A stretch of DNA of 64,000 bases. It comes from Candidatus Poseidoniaceae archaeon (lineage in GTDB: Archaea > Thermoplasmatota > Poseidoniia > Poseidoniales > Poseidoniaceae). Both the position numbers and the translations under genes were made by a program. This document shows, piece after piece, positions 48,584-58,843 of this stretch. The number at the start of each line of letters is the position of its first letter. The first letter of the stretch is position 1. The stretch lies in the NCBI GenBank assembly GCA_938030705.1, contig CALHIR010000005.1, positions 132,909-196,908 of the forward strand, read 5' to 3'. Under the pieces are notes generated by a model that made no database searches, was not told the origin of the DNA, and saw only the letters and a list, made by a program, of their open reading frames with translations.

Positions 48584-50254
48584 TTGATGACTGAGGAAGG
48601 ACGACTCGGACGATTGAGTGAAATGCTCAAACGGCGAGGTTTTCTTCTCCCTGCATTCGAAATCCACGGCGGTGCCAAAGGCCTCTACGACTTTGGGCCC
48701 GTCGGTGGACGCATGCGTTCGAGGATCAACCAACGTTGGCTGGACCACTGGCTTCGCTTGGGAAACGTCGTTGAGTTATCTTGCCCCACGGTGACCCCTT
48801 ATGCCGTTCTTGAAGCCAGCGGACACGTCGGTGAATTCTCAGATTTCATGACGCAGTGCCTCAAATGCGAGGAAGCAAGTCGGGCCGACACACTGCTTGA
48901 AGCCCACCATTCGAATCCTGATGCCCTCAAGCGAGACGAACTGCAAACTCTGCTGTTTGACATCAATCCCGCCTGCCCGGCCTGTGGCGCTCAGGATTGG
49001 AGCGAGGTCACCGCCCAGAACCTCATGTTCAACACCACCATCGGTGCAGGGCCCTCCGGTCGCCCTGGATTCCTCAGACCTGAAACCGCTCAAGGCATGT
49101 TTACTTCTTACGGTGCTCTCCTGCGTCATTTCCGAGACCGCCTTCCCTTTGGCGCCATGCAAATCGGGAAAGGTTACCGAAACGAGATAGCCCCTCGGCA
49201 AGGGATGATTCGGCTTCGTGAATTCAACATGGCCGAACTTGAGTATTTCATCGACCCTGAGGCGACCTTAAACGATGATTTAGCGCCATGGGGTGACCAA
49301 CCGATGATGTTGATAGCCGAGGGGAGAGAACCTTGTGAAATGACGTTGGGTGAAGCGTGTAAGCAAGGACTCATTCGACATACAACCGTTGCTAAATTCA
49401 TGGGCATCACCTGGGATTTCTTAACCGATGTTGGCATTCATCCGGAGCGCCTTCGGTTCCGGCAACACGAACACGATGAGATGGCCCACTACGCCATGGA
49501 TTGCTGGGATGCAGAAATTGAAGGCAGCTACGGTTGGATTGAATGCGTAGGCATTGCCCACAGAGGGTGCTACGACCTTGAGAGCCATGAGAACGCAACG
49601 GGCCGAACGTTGAGGGCACGTCGAGAATTTGACGAACCAAAGACAATTGAAATTGACGGCTGGACCATTGATGGGGCAAAAGCAGGGCCCGCATTCAAAG
49701 CCTTGGCGGGCATGGTCAAAACGGCCGTTGAAGCCCTTCCCAAAGCCGCGAGTTTTCCGATCGACCTCGACCTTTCGAACGGCGAAACGGTCACCGTTGA
49801 GGAAGAACACGTGAAGCCCAATCAAAAGACCATCAAAGAAACCGGAGAGTGGTACATCCCTCATGTAATCGAGCCCGCCTTCGGGATCGACCGAATCATC
49901 TGGCACGTGATTGACCACGCTTACCACGAGACCGAAAAGAAAGGTGAACCGTATTGCATCATGAAAATCCAGCCAGGTGTTGCTCCCGTTGATTATGCCG
50001 TTTTCCCACTTTTCGAAAAGGATGGCATGAACGATTTGGCTTGGGATATCCACCAACGCTTGTGCGCTGCCCCTGGACTGGTCTCCATGTATGACGGCAC
50101 GGGATCCATCGGCCGAAGGTATGCCCGGGCTGATGAAATAGGCGTACCGTCCTGCATCACGGTGGACCATCAATCGGTTGAGGACGGTACCGTCACCGTC
50201 CGAGATCGCGACACTGGAGAGCAAACCCGGATGTTGATTTCTGACTTGGTTTAG
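48584..50254 (+). CDS. glyS: Glycyl-tRNA synthetase (alpha2 type)
   Basis: LRPETAQG, RNEIAPRQG..RLREF, AHYA, EPAFGIDR, SIGRRYARADEIG motifs. Confidence 0.97.
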   Translation: MMTEEGRLGRLSEMLKRRGFLLPAFEIHGGAKGLYDFGPVGGRMRSRINQRWLDHWLRLGNVVELSCPTVTPYAVLEASGHVGEFSDFMTQCLKCEEASRADTLLEAHHSNPDALKRDELQTLLFDINPACPACGAQDWSEVTAQNLMFNTTIGAGPSGRPGFLRPETAQGMFTSYGALLRHFRDRLPFGAMQIGKGYRNEIAPRQGMIRLREFNMAELEYFIDPEATLNDDLAPWGDQPMMLIAEGREPCEMTLGEACKQGLIRHTTVAKFMGITWDFLTDVGIHPERLRFRQHEHDEMAHYAMDCWDAEIEGSYGWIECVGIAHRGCYDLESHENATGRTLRARREFDEPKTIEIDGWTIDGAKAGPAFKALAGMVKTAVEALPKAASFPIDLDLSNGETVTVEEEHVKPNQKTIKETGEWYIPHVIEPAFGIDRIIWHVIDHAYHETEKKGEPYCIMKIQPGVAPVDYAVFPLFEKDGMNDLAWDIHQRLCAAPGLVSMYDGTGSIGRRYARADEIGVPSCITVDHQSVEDGTVTVRDRDTGEQTRMLISDLV

Positions 50255-50334
50255 TTTCTGCCTCCCTGACCAAGGCCGCAAAATAGAATCGCAACCGAGT
50301 GAAGGTTGATGTACCCTCCAAGACATGTTCCCTC

Positions 50335-51912
50335 ATGGCTCAGGTAAGTGATTGGACCGAGCGGCATCGTCCGCGCTCGGAACAGTTGCTCGAAGGCAAT
50401 GAGGTTCAGCGCCGTAAGATTCGGGCTTGGCTCGACGAGTGGCAAAACGGAGCACCGAAGAAAAAAGCGCTCCTCCTCATCGGACCTCCTGGCGTTGGGA
50501 AAACAACGGTTGCTCGAGCCATTGCCGAAGACATGGGATGGAACGTCATTGAACTCAACGCCAGCGATGCACGAAACGCAGCCGCCATTCGCAAGGCCGC
50601 GACGAGTGGAGCCACCCATCGTTCGCTTTTTCACGACCCATCGGCGCCGCCTTCGCGCACCCTTATCCTCCTTGACGAAGTTGACCATCTCTCCGGTGGC
50701 CTTCGCCAAATCAGCCAAGAAAGGATTGAGAAAGCCATGTCGGGGGAAGAGGAACGCCCCGGCGCAGCCCTCAAAGGAGATTCGGGGGGGAAGGCAGAAC
50801 TCCTTCGTCTTCTCGATCAAACCAAACAGCCCGTGATTCTTGCTTGCAATGAAGAAATGGGCCTTTGGGGACGCAATTCATCTTGGCGCAGCACGCGAGA
50901 TCGGTTTACGAAACACTTGTTGAAAATCAACTTCGTCCGAGCCAACGACGAAGCCTTACGCAGAATTGCCCGAAGGGTTTTGCGTGAAGAAGGCATTCCA
51001 TTCGAAGAGGAGGCCATCGATGCCTTGGCTCAAACCAACCACGGAGACTTGAGGGCCCTCGTTCGAGATTTACAGGTACTTTCCACTGGTTTGAACAAAG
51101 AAACACTCACGCCGACCATGGTTCGCACCCATGCAGAAGCGAGTCAACGGGACGTAAACGTAGAAATTTTTCCAGGTCTCGACCGCCTCTATAGAGAGCG
51201 CAACAGTGAAGCCGCCTCCACCCTCATTCGCACCATTGACAAAGACCCATCAGAATTCCTCAATTGGGTTCATTGGAACAACGCCTCCTTGTTTACCCAT
51301 GCACCGAGTGTACGCCGGGGAGCTCAAACACTCCTCCAAGCCGACCGTGCCATGATGGGACGGTTTCTCAACACCGCCCACAGGTCCACTTATTGGACCC
51401 AACACCTGACGGCTTTGGCTGCATCCACCGCCAACGCTGTTCCCTTAGAAGGGCGGATTTTCCCATCCTACCCGAGTTATCTCCGAAGACGATCACCTGC
51501 CGGACGAAGCAGCATCGTTGAGAAACTGGCAGAGGTTTGCGGGACGAATCAATCGACGACACGAGAAGAATTTTTGCAACCCCTCTTTGCACTGATCCAA
51601 GATGAACACCCACTCGGAGATTCCTCTGATTTTGCTATCTCGCTGACCTTGGGCCTTTCAGGAGAGGAGCACCTTTCTCTGGCGGGATTGGCGAAAACAC
51701 GACGCTCCTCCAAAGCCCTGCTCAAAGCCTATGATGAGGCTGAAGAAATTCACCAAGCGATGCTCATGGAACACCTTCGTGAACAAGAGACCGCCCGCCA
51801 TGAAGCAATTCTGGAACCCGTAAAGGAACCATTGGCCGAAGAGCCACGAGAAGAAGCGAACGACGAGGATGACGACCTTGGGCCATCTCCGGGTCAAATG
51901 ACGTTGTTTTGA
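50335..51912 (+). CDS. rfcL: Replication factor C large subunit
   Basis: W.E.HRP, GPPGVGKT, IELNASD.R, DEVD, GDLR; C-terminal PIP box QMTLF. Confidence 0.94.
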   Translation: MAQVSDWTERHRPRSEQLLEGNEVQRRKIRAWLDEWQNGAPKKKALLLIGPPGVGKTTVARAIAEDMGWNVIELNASDARNAAAIRKAATSGATHRSLFHDPSAPPSRTLILLDEVDHLSGGLRQISQERIEKAMSGEEERPGAALKGDSGGKAELLRLLDQTKQPVILACNEEMGLWGRNSSWRSTRDRFTKHLLKINFVRANDEALRRIARRVLREEGIPFEEEAIDALAQTNHGDLRALVRDLQVLSTGLNKETLTPTMVRTHAEASQRDVNVEIFPGLDRLYRERNSEAASTLIRTIDKDPSEFLNWVHWNNASLFTHAPSVRRGAQTLLQADRAMMGRFLNTAHRSTYWTQHLTALAASTANAVPLEGRIFPSYPSYLRRRSPAGRSSIVEKLAEVCGTNQSTTREEFLQPLFALIQDEHPLGDSSDFAISLTLGLSGEEHLSLAGLAKTRRSSKALLKAYDEAEEIHQAMLMEHLREQETARHEAILEPVKEPLAEEPREEANDEDDDLGPSPGQMTLF

Positions 51913-53531
51913 TCGTTGTCGTCCTCTCGGTCCAAGATTCGCTTGACCATGGCCATACCTTGACGCTCTCCGTCAGATTTCTCTTCACGGCGCCAGCTGT
52001 GAGGATGGAGCACAATGATGGCGGTCAACAATTCCAGACGACCAAACCACATCAAAATGGAAGTGAAGATCAGCGAACCAGAGTTCATGGTGGCCCATGT
52101 TTCAGTTGGACCGTAAGCACCGAGGGCGGGGCCGGTGTTCCCGAGGCCTGAAGCGGCGACAGAGAAAATCGTCTCAAAAGAGGCATCCGGCATCATCATG
52201 GCCAAAACGATGCAGGAGAAGCCAAACAGAATGACCCAAATGAACAGCATGCCAACAACGAGACTGACTTGCTTTTGTTCAATCACTTCGTTGTTCATTC
52301 GAATCATGTGAATCTTGCGAGGTTGGGCGATGCGTGCGAGTTCCCTGAAGGCGACTTTGAGGCCGATTCGAATTCGCATCAATTTGAGGCCACCGCTCGT
52401 CGATCCTGCACAAGCACCCACGATCATGAGCAGGAAGATGATGATTCGGGCCACACCTGGCCAAGAAGCGTAATCGGCCGAAGCATAGCCGGTGGAGGTG
52501 CCGATGGACAGGACATGGAACAGCGTGTCGAGCAGGGCATTGCCCGCCGCCACGCCCACCAGCACCAACGATACGGTGATGATGAAGACTGCTGAAAAGA
52601 TATAGAACAGATAGGTCCGAAACTCTTCGTCTTTCAAGGCCGATTTGAAATCGCCTGAACCCATGAGCCACATCAAGGTGAAATTCACACCGGCGAGGAA
52701 CATAAACACAATGATGATGATTTCAATGGTTGCTGAATCGTAGTACGCAATACTGGCATCCCTCGTCGAAAATCCACCGCTGGGCATGGTGGTGAACGCG
52801 TGATTCACGGCGTCAAAGAACGACATTCCCCCAATAAATTTCAAAGCCAACATTTCAATGAGGGTCAGCAAAAGGTAGAGGCTCCACAAAGCGATGGCTG
52901 TCTGTCGTAGCTTGGGGCGAAGACGCGAGAGTGAGGGGCCCGTTAATTCTGCACGTGCGAGGGCCATGCCTCCCCCGATGATTCTCGAGAGGACAAGCAT
53001 GCCCAACATGACCACTCCCATACCGCCCAGCCATTGGGTCAGCGAACGCCACAAAAGCAGCCCGCGCGGTTGGGCATTGATGCAATCGAGGGTGGTCCCC
53101 GGAATGCAATTTGGACTCATTGAGTGGGAAAGAACGGTCGCTCCCGAGGTGGTAAAGCCAGACATTGATTCAAACCATGAATTCACAAAACCTCGTAGAA
53201 TATCGATGAGGAGGGCGTCTTCCACGAAGGGACCAACAAAAACACCGCCGAACCAATACGGCAGGGCCCCGATAAATACGGTGAGCGGCCAAACAAGGCC
53301 GACCCCTACGAAGGCTTCCAAGTCCCGAAGCCGTTGCGCAGAATCCGTTCGGGTGAACAAACCGAGCATGGCGGTACCCAACCCTCCGCTGATGAGCATA
53401 GCGGGAACAAAGGCCCGAAGCGCCAGCGCCCACCCGTCGAGCCAAGCCGTTATGGCGGCACAGATCGCAAGAGGGACCAACAGGGCGATGAGGGTCCAGC
53501 CCAAAATCAGGTTCAGCACATCAGAGCGCAT
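51894..53531 (-). CDS. trkH: Trk potassium uptake membrane protein
   Basis: FESMSGFTTSG, QWLGGMG, GSTSGGLK, LGNTGP, GRLE motifs. Confidence 0.95.
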   Translation of the reverse strand: MRSDVLNLILGWTLIALLVPLAICAAITAWLDGWALALRAFVPAMLISGGLGTAMLGLFTRTDSAQRLRDLEAFVGVGLVWPLTVFIGALPYWFGGVFVGPFVEDALLIDILRGFVNSWFESMSGFTTSGATVLSHSMSPNCIPGTTLDCINAQPRGLLLWRSLTQWLGGMGVVMLGMLVLSRIIGGGMALARAELTGPSLSRLRPKLRQTAIALWSLYLLLTLIEMLALKFIGGMSFFDAVNHAFTTMPSGGFSTRDASIAYYDSATIEIIIIVFMFLAGVNFTLMWLMGSGDFKSALKDEEFRTYLFYIFSAVFIITVSLVLVGVAAGNALLDTLFHVLSIGTSTGYASADYASWPGVARIIIFLLMIVGACAGSTSGGLKLMRIRIGLKVAFRELARIAQPRKIHMIRMNNEVIEQKQVSLVVGMLFIWVILFGFSCIVLAMMMPDASFETIFSVAASGLGNTGPALGAYGPTETWATMNSGSLIFTSILMWFGRLELLTAIIVLHPHSWRREEKSDGERQGMAMVKRILDREDDNDQNNVI

Positions 53532-53533
53532 GG

Positions 53534-54946
53534 TCACACCTTGAATCGTTTCTGAACATCGGCGACCTTTTCTTTCATGCAAAACAAGACGATGTTGTCG
53601 TTCTCAAGAAGAAGTTCATCGGGACGAGGGTCGATGGATTCCCAAGTTCCTCCAATATTGCGGCGCTTGATGAAGGCTGGACGCATCCATTCAGGGAATT
53701 TCGCATCGGAGACTCGCTTTCCGGCAAACTTGGCCCGCTCGGTCACCTTGAGGGTGATGCCCACCACATTCGGCAGTTCGGCAAGGAGAGCGTAGTGTCC
53801 TGAAAGACTACGATGGACGTGGGAAAGAATGTTGTTGACCGCCACACGATGTCGATCTACAGCAAAGGAAATCCCCATTCGTTGGGTGACTTTGACCAAA
53901 TCAGCATCGTAGAGCATCAAACCCGTATGCGGCACACCCAAATCAGACATCATCAGCACTGCAGCGATGTTTGCGTGATCGTCGGCGAGAGCGCTCAAAG
54001 CCACATCGTAGCCATCGATGGAAATTTCTTCGAGGACGCTTCTGTCCAAGTGATCCCCGTGAATGACTTCGATGTTGACGTCACCTCCCATTTTGGAGCC
54101 CGCAAGTTTGTTTGCAAGGTGAAGTTCTCGTTCAAGGACCGTTACCGTGGCGCCATGAGCCAGCCAATCCTTCGCCATCTTGGTTCCAATGGAAGAGGCA
54201 CCGACAATCACCACTTTCGGATGTTCAGGGAAATACGAAATTTCATGCCCGAAGATGATCAAGGCAGGATTGAATCCATCCAAACCGATGACGGCAACAG
54301 CCAAGCGATCGCCGACTTCAAGAACGCTCTCATCGTTGGGAATGAAACTGCGTTGACCGTCTCGCTTCACGCCGACGATGTTGGGAAACACGTGAACAAA
54401 GTCATCCTTGACGTCTTTGAGCGGCCTTCCAACAATGTTTCGTGCGGTCTCACCGATATCAAACTCAATGACGTAAGCATCCTCTCCAAACGGAATAACT
54501 TCTTCGATGTCCGTGGACCGAAGGCCAGCATTCAATCGCTGAATCGCCCCCTGGAGCGGATTCACAACGTGGTCTACCTTGGCCCACTCGATCAAATGAC
54601 CCTGATTGAATTCGTCAACATACGAAGCGGTTCGCAAACGGCAAATGCTCGTTAATCGGTCTTCGCCCTCCGCGGCATTTTGGGCGTGTTCTGCGATGGA
54701 ACAGGCGATCAAGTTGGTTTCGTCCGAGGGTGTTGCCGCAACGAAGACACTGGCGTAATTGATGCCCGCCTCCAGCAGTGTCTCACGGGAGGTGATGTTG
54801 CCATTCACGACCAAACAATCGAGGGCTTGTGCGTTGGTTACTGCCCTTGAATCGTTGTCGACGATGACAATGTCGTACTTTTCGTTGGCCAAAGCCTTGG
54901 CGAGGGCGATACCCACGCGTCCAGCGCCCCCAATAATCACACGCAT
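53534..54946 (-). CDS. trkA: Trk potassium uptake NAD-binding subunit
   Basis: Two RCK units (GGAGRVG; VVIVGASSIG); directly upstream of trkH. Confidence 0.92.
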   Translation of the reverse strand: MRVIIGGAGRVGIALAKALANEKYDIVIVDNDSRAVTNAQALDCLVVNGNITSRETLLEAGINYASVFVAATPSDETNLIACSIAEHAQNAAEGEDRLTSICRLRTASYVDEFNQGHLIEWAKVDHVVNPLQGAIQRLNAGLRSTDIEEVIPFGEDAYVIEFDIGETARNIVGRPLKDVKDDFVHVFPNIVGVKRDGQRSFIPNDESVLEVGDRLAVAVIGLDGFNPALIIFGHEISYFPEHPKVVIVGASSIGTKMAKDWLAHGATVTVLERELHLANKLAGSKMGGDVNIEVIHGDHLDRSVLEEISIDGYDVALSALADDHANIAAVLMMSDLGVPHTGLMLYDADLVKVTQRMGISFAVDRHRVAVNNILSHVHRSLSGHYALLAELPNVVGITLKVTERAKFAGKRVSDAKFPEWMRPAFIKRRNIGGTWESIDPRPDELLLENDNIVLFCMKEKVADVQKRFKV

Positions 54947-54958
54947 GCTTTGCTCACC

Positions 54959-56536
54959 TCACAATGTTTCTGGGTACATCTTGACCTTGTAGGTCCCGCC
55001 GTTGAGTTCAACCGCACCCAGCGTTTCGTAGCTTTTCTTTCGGTCAAAATCACACGGTTGATTGCACGAATCAAAGGGATAGTAGTAGCGGTTGACAAGG
55101 CTGGCCGATGGGTCAGCTTCCTCAATCCAATCGATGTATGCCGTTGGAGTTGACAATAACCACTTGTTGTTCACGACGTCAACTTGAGCCTCAACATAAC
55201 ACGTCTGAAGGACGATGTTGCGCTCCTCACACCAACTGTCTTTCAAGGGCAGTTGAATGTAGCCCCAAGCGTGGGCTTCCCACCCATCGTTGGAAAAGAA
55301 CGGGTCGCCCAGCACACCAAAGGCATACCAACCGGGGACCCCACGTGTTCGCAGGATGCTGAAGAAAGCGTTCGTCTGCTCATCACAATCTCCGGTTCCT
55401 GCGGCGAGGCAAGCGGGACCGGAACGCGCTGGACTTGGTGCCTCTCGGTCGTAGGATACGTAGGCATGAAGGTAATCGAACGTTGCTCGAGAGAACGCAT
55501 AGGCATTCTCAGAACTGCCTTCAGGCAGACTTGAAGCGATGGTGTCGGCGGTCGACATGACCAGAGCGTCTTGGGCGTTGATGGCATAGCCTGCACCCGG
55601 CCCACGATCGTACCAGAGGTTTCCTCCGAAATCGCTCTGACGGACGCCGTTTCCACGCTGAGCCAAGTCGGCAAAGGTCCCGGAATTGTCCATATGTATC
55701 CCCATCTCCTTTCCGGCGATGCGAGCATCCACTCGCCCATTGTCCCACCATGAGTAGGAGACCGATTGCATGTGGAGGTCCAAGATATATCGAACACTCC
55801 CCTCGTTCTGGAAATTTGTACGAACTTTGATGCACTTGGCAAGCGGGCATTCGCCATCACCTTCGCCAACGGATGGCCACCAAACTTCGTGCCCGTTCGT
55901 CGTGGTAATGGCGTTGGAAACACTTCGGTGGGGCAAACCGTCCAAGGGGATGTTGATTTCCTGTCCATCAATGGATAACGTGATTTGAAGCGTCTGTTGG
56001 AGAACGGTTGGGGAGGCGTCCTCGGTTCCGTCGGTATACGCAAAGGGTGCCGAACCGGCAATCGTGGATTGAACGATTGGAGGAATCAAAATATTTTCAG
56101 TTTGAGAAGAAACCCCGTTGGCCGTCAAATCATAAATTTTCGAAAGCGTATAACTTGCTTCGTTGGGATAAACGTGGTAGGGGGCAAGTTGAGATTGAAT
56201 AAATTCCTCCACACCACCAAATTCACCAAGAACGGCTTCTTGGGCTTGAGGAGAAAGCAAGATGAACGCAACCAAACCAAGCATCGCCAGACTCCTGAAT
56301 CTGTTTTTCCGACGCTTCATGATGTTTCGTTGACGGCCCGTATGGGTCTGAACAACCCCTCGCTGTGATGGTTTGGCCGCCATTTTGTAGGTGGTATCAC
56401 GGCTTCCCTTGTTCTTGCGAAACTGCTGCTCCAGGCGATAACTCCCCCGATCGCCTTTGGGCAGGACCCGCCCACAGGAATAGCAAATCGTGTCGCCGGG
56501 CAGTGACGCACTGCGACAGTAGGGGCAAGCACCCAT
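54959..56536 (-). CDS. Membrane-anchored transglutaminase-like protein with N-terminal Zn-ribbon
   Basis: CPYC..CYSC, TM after RRKNRFRS, triad GDCDEQ / HAW / QVD. Confidence 0.82.
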   Translation of the reverse strand: MGACPYCRSASLPGDTICYSCGRVLPKGDRGSYRLEQQFRKNKGSRDTTYKMAAKPSQRGVVQTHTGRQRNIMKRRKNRFRSLAMLGLVAFILLSPQAQEAVLGEFGGVEEFIQSQLAPYHVYPNEASYTLSKIYDLTANGVSSQTENILIPPIVQSTIAGSAPFAYTDGTEDASPTVLQQTLQITLSIDGQEINIPLDGLPHRSVSNAITTTNGHEVWWPSVGEGDGECPLAKCIKVRTNFQNEGSVRYILDLHMQSVSYSWWDNGRVDARIAGKEMGIHMDNSGTFADLAQRGNGVRQSDFGGNLWYDRGPGAGYAINAQDALVMSTADTIASSLPEGSSENAYAFSRATFDYLHAYVSYDREAPSPARSGPACLAAGTGDCDEQTNAFFSILRTRGVPGWYAFGVLGDPFFSNDGWEAHAWGYIQLPLKDSWCEERNIVLQTCYVEAQVDVVNNKWLLSTPTAYIDWIEEADPSASLVNRYYYPFDSCNQPCDFDRKKSYETLGAVELNGGTYKVKMYPETL

Positions 56537-56654
56537 GCTAATTGGCTCGGCTGGCGTCGTATAACAATTGTCCAAGGAAACCCGCTGAAATTTTCTCGCT
56601 CAAGGCGTTAAAAATGATGTAAAAAGAAGGCACGAAGAAGAAGTAATCAACTAT

Positions 56655-57458
56655 TTACTCTTCTTCAACCGCCTCGGGTGCTCTCTCGGACCCGCTGCGG
56701 CCAAGGGAACGCTCTCTGGCTTGCTCCGCCCAGAGACGGCGCAAACGGCGTCGACCTTCCTTCGGAACCGATTCCCATATCCACTTTTCAGCAGAAGGAT
56801 TGGTGAGCATGACAAAGGGAAGAATGAACACCCAGCCCTCTGGGTTAAAGACAACAAAGTACAGACCGACCAACAACGATGCCCGCCAGAAAGCCGAGCG
56901 TAGAACAGCACCCCAACGCCGGTCTTGCAACATCATGTAGCCGTGACGAGCCGTAATCAGGGCTTCTGCCCGTGGAGTTACAATGGACACCAGGGCGACA
57001 TTGATGAGGCCCAACGGTGAGAAGATACCTTCAAACTCGAACATTCTGAACATCATGACCATGGCCGTCATGCCCCCAATGGCCAAACCCAAGGCCCATC
57101 CACTGGATGGTTGAGACCCTCCCTTTCGTACGCGGGCCCGCCTGAGCAAGAGATGAGAAAAAATGGATGCGAACATAGCGACGAACATCAGCGGGAAAAT
57201 GTTGAGGCCAGTGTAGACTCCATCATTGGTGGTCACCGTGGTGTAATACGGCCGAAACAAGAGCCCGTCGGCCATAACGGCGTATACGCCGCCCAGGACA
57301 ATCCCCCAAAACACTTGGCTCCACGCGGTCGGCAGGTCGTAAAAACCAGCAAACTTGGTCATCACGCCTCGCCAACCTAACGTCATGCCGATGAGTGCAC
57401 AAAAACTCGAGAGCTGAAACAGCACGAGTTCTGAAACCATGAACGGGCCTATGTGCAT
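56655..57458 (-). CDS. Hypothetical multi-pass membrane protein
   Basis: About 7 hydrophobic segments and a basic C-terminal tail. Confidence 0.7.
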   Translation of the reverse strand: MHIGPFMVSELVLFQLSSFCALIGMTLGWRGVMTKFAGFYDLPTAWSQVFWGIVLGGVYAVMADGLLFRPYYTTVTTNDGVYTGLNIFPLMFVAMFASIFSHLLLRRARVRKGGSQPSSGWALGLAIGGMTAMVMMFRMFEFEGIFSPLGLINVALVSIVTPRAEALITARHGYMMLQDRRWGAVLRSAFWRASLLVGLYFVVFNPEGWVFILPFVMLTNPSAEKWIWESVPKEGRRRLRRLWAEQARERSLGRSGSERAPEAVEEE

Positions 57459-57530
57459 CCCCTCATCAAATCGTTGGCGTTTACAAGGGGGAAGGGTGGG
57501 ATTCAAACACCCCTACCCGTTCGGCCAACC

Positions 57531-58787
57531 ATGGCAAGATTGCTTCTCTTCGGTGGCAAAGGCGGTGTTGGGAAAACGACAACTTCCTCGGCAACCGCCG
57601 TTTGGCTTGCCGATTCGGGACTGAAGGTCCTCTTGGTCTCAAGCGACCCTGCGCACTCCACCTCGGATTCACTCGATGTGCAACTCGGACCTGTGCCAGT
57701 GGAAGTTGAGGGGGTTCCGGGTCTTTACGGCCTTGAAATGGATCCTGAAGCAAAACTGTCCAACCTCCTTCCAAAAGTTGGTGAAGCGATGAACAACATG
57801 GGTTCTGGAGGAATGGGAGGGTTTGGAGGACTTGGCATGATGCTTGACCCGTCAGCCAAAGATGAACTTGACGACATGAAATCCGACATCAAAACCGCAG
57901 ATATGATCTTGCCCGGCCTCGATGAAGCCCTTGCTTTTGATGAACTGCTCAAACACATGGAAAACCCAACTTGGGATGTCGTGGTGTTTGATACCGCCCC
58001 CACCGGACACACCCTTCGATTTTTGTCCCTGCCCGAACTCATTGAGGCTTGGTCCGGCCGGCTGCTTCGCTTGATGCGAGTCTCGGGCGGAATCCGCTCA
58101 ATGCTCTTTGGCCGCAAAGAAAGCGATGCGATGAAAGAAGAACTGGAGCGATTTCGGCGCCGTGTCCTCCATGTACGCCGAGTCCTGAGCGACCCCGCAA
58201 CATCGTCCTTCACCTTGGTCACCATACCCGAGCGGATGGGCATCAACGAAACATTGCGTGCGCACGATTCACTGGTCGATTACAACCTCCCCATCGGCGG
58301 TTGTCTGGTCAACCGCATCACGCCGGAATTCGACCACGAATTTTTGCAAAAACGCCGACAACAGGAACTTGAGCGAATCACGGAATTAAGTGAGAAGCTC
58401 AACGGTGTCAAGGTGGCCCGACTGGAACTGGCCGACAGCGAAATTGTAGGGGTGGATGCGCTGCGCAAAGTTGGCCGACTTTTGTACGGGGATGCACAGG
58501 CACTGCCACACAGCATCGGCCCGCATGCCATCGGCGAGGTCTTGCATCACGAAGTTCACCGCGGTATGGTAGCCCAAGTGGAAGGTGACCACGAACGCGT
58601 GCAGTTGCATTTCCCGGGATTGGAGCGAAGCGATCTCTCCTTGCGCAGTGAAGAGGGGGTTCTCTTCGTCGAGGTGAACGGGCGAGAGCAGGCCATTCCA
58701 ACCGAGACCCATGTCAAATCCAGTCTTGTCAAAGCCTCACTGGAAGGCGACGTGCTCGTCTTGTTGATTCCTCGCTCCTCTTCGTGA
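57531..58787 (+). CDS. ArsA/Get3 (TRC40) family ATPase with C-terminal Hsp20-like domain
   Basis: GKGGVGKTT, SSDPAHS, PGLDE, DTAPTGHTLRFL; C-terminal L.FPG.....L...V...V.A.L.GDVL.L.IP pattern. Confidence 0.88.
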   Translation: MARLLLFGGKGGVGKTTTSSATAVWLADSGLKVLLVSSDPAHSTSDSLDVQLGPVPVEVEGVPGLYGLEMDPEAKLSNLLPKVGEAMNNMGSGGMGGFGGLGMMLDPSAKDELDDMKSDIKTADMILPGLDEALAFDELLKHMENPTWDVVVFDTAPTGHTLRFLSLPELIEAWSGRLLRLMRVSGGIRSMLFGRKESDAMKEELERFRRRVLHVRRVLSDPATSSFTLVTIPERMGINETLRAHDSLVDYNLPIGGCLVNRITPEFDHEFLQKRRQQELERITELSEKLNGVKVARLELADSEIVGVDALRKVGRLLYGDAQALPHSIGPHAIGEVLHHEVHRGMVAQVEGDHERVQLHFPGLERSDLSLRSEEGVLFVEVNGREQAIPTETHVKSSLVKASLEGDVLVLLIPRSSS

Positions 58788-58843
58788 TGGACGGCATGCT
58801 GTTGAGGGCATGGTTTGAAATGGGTCAACCATAACGCCCAAGC

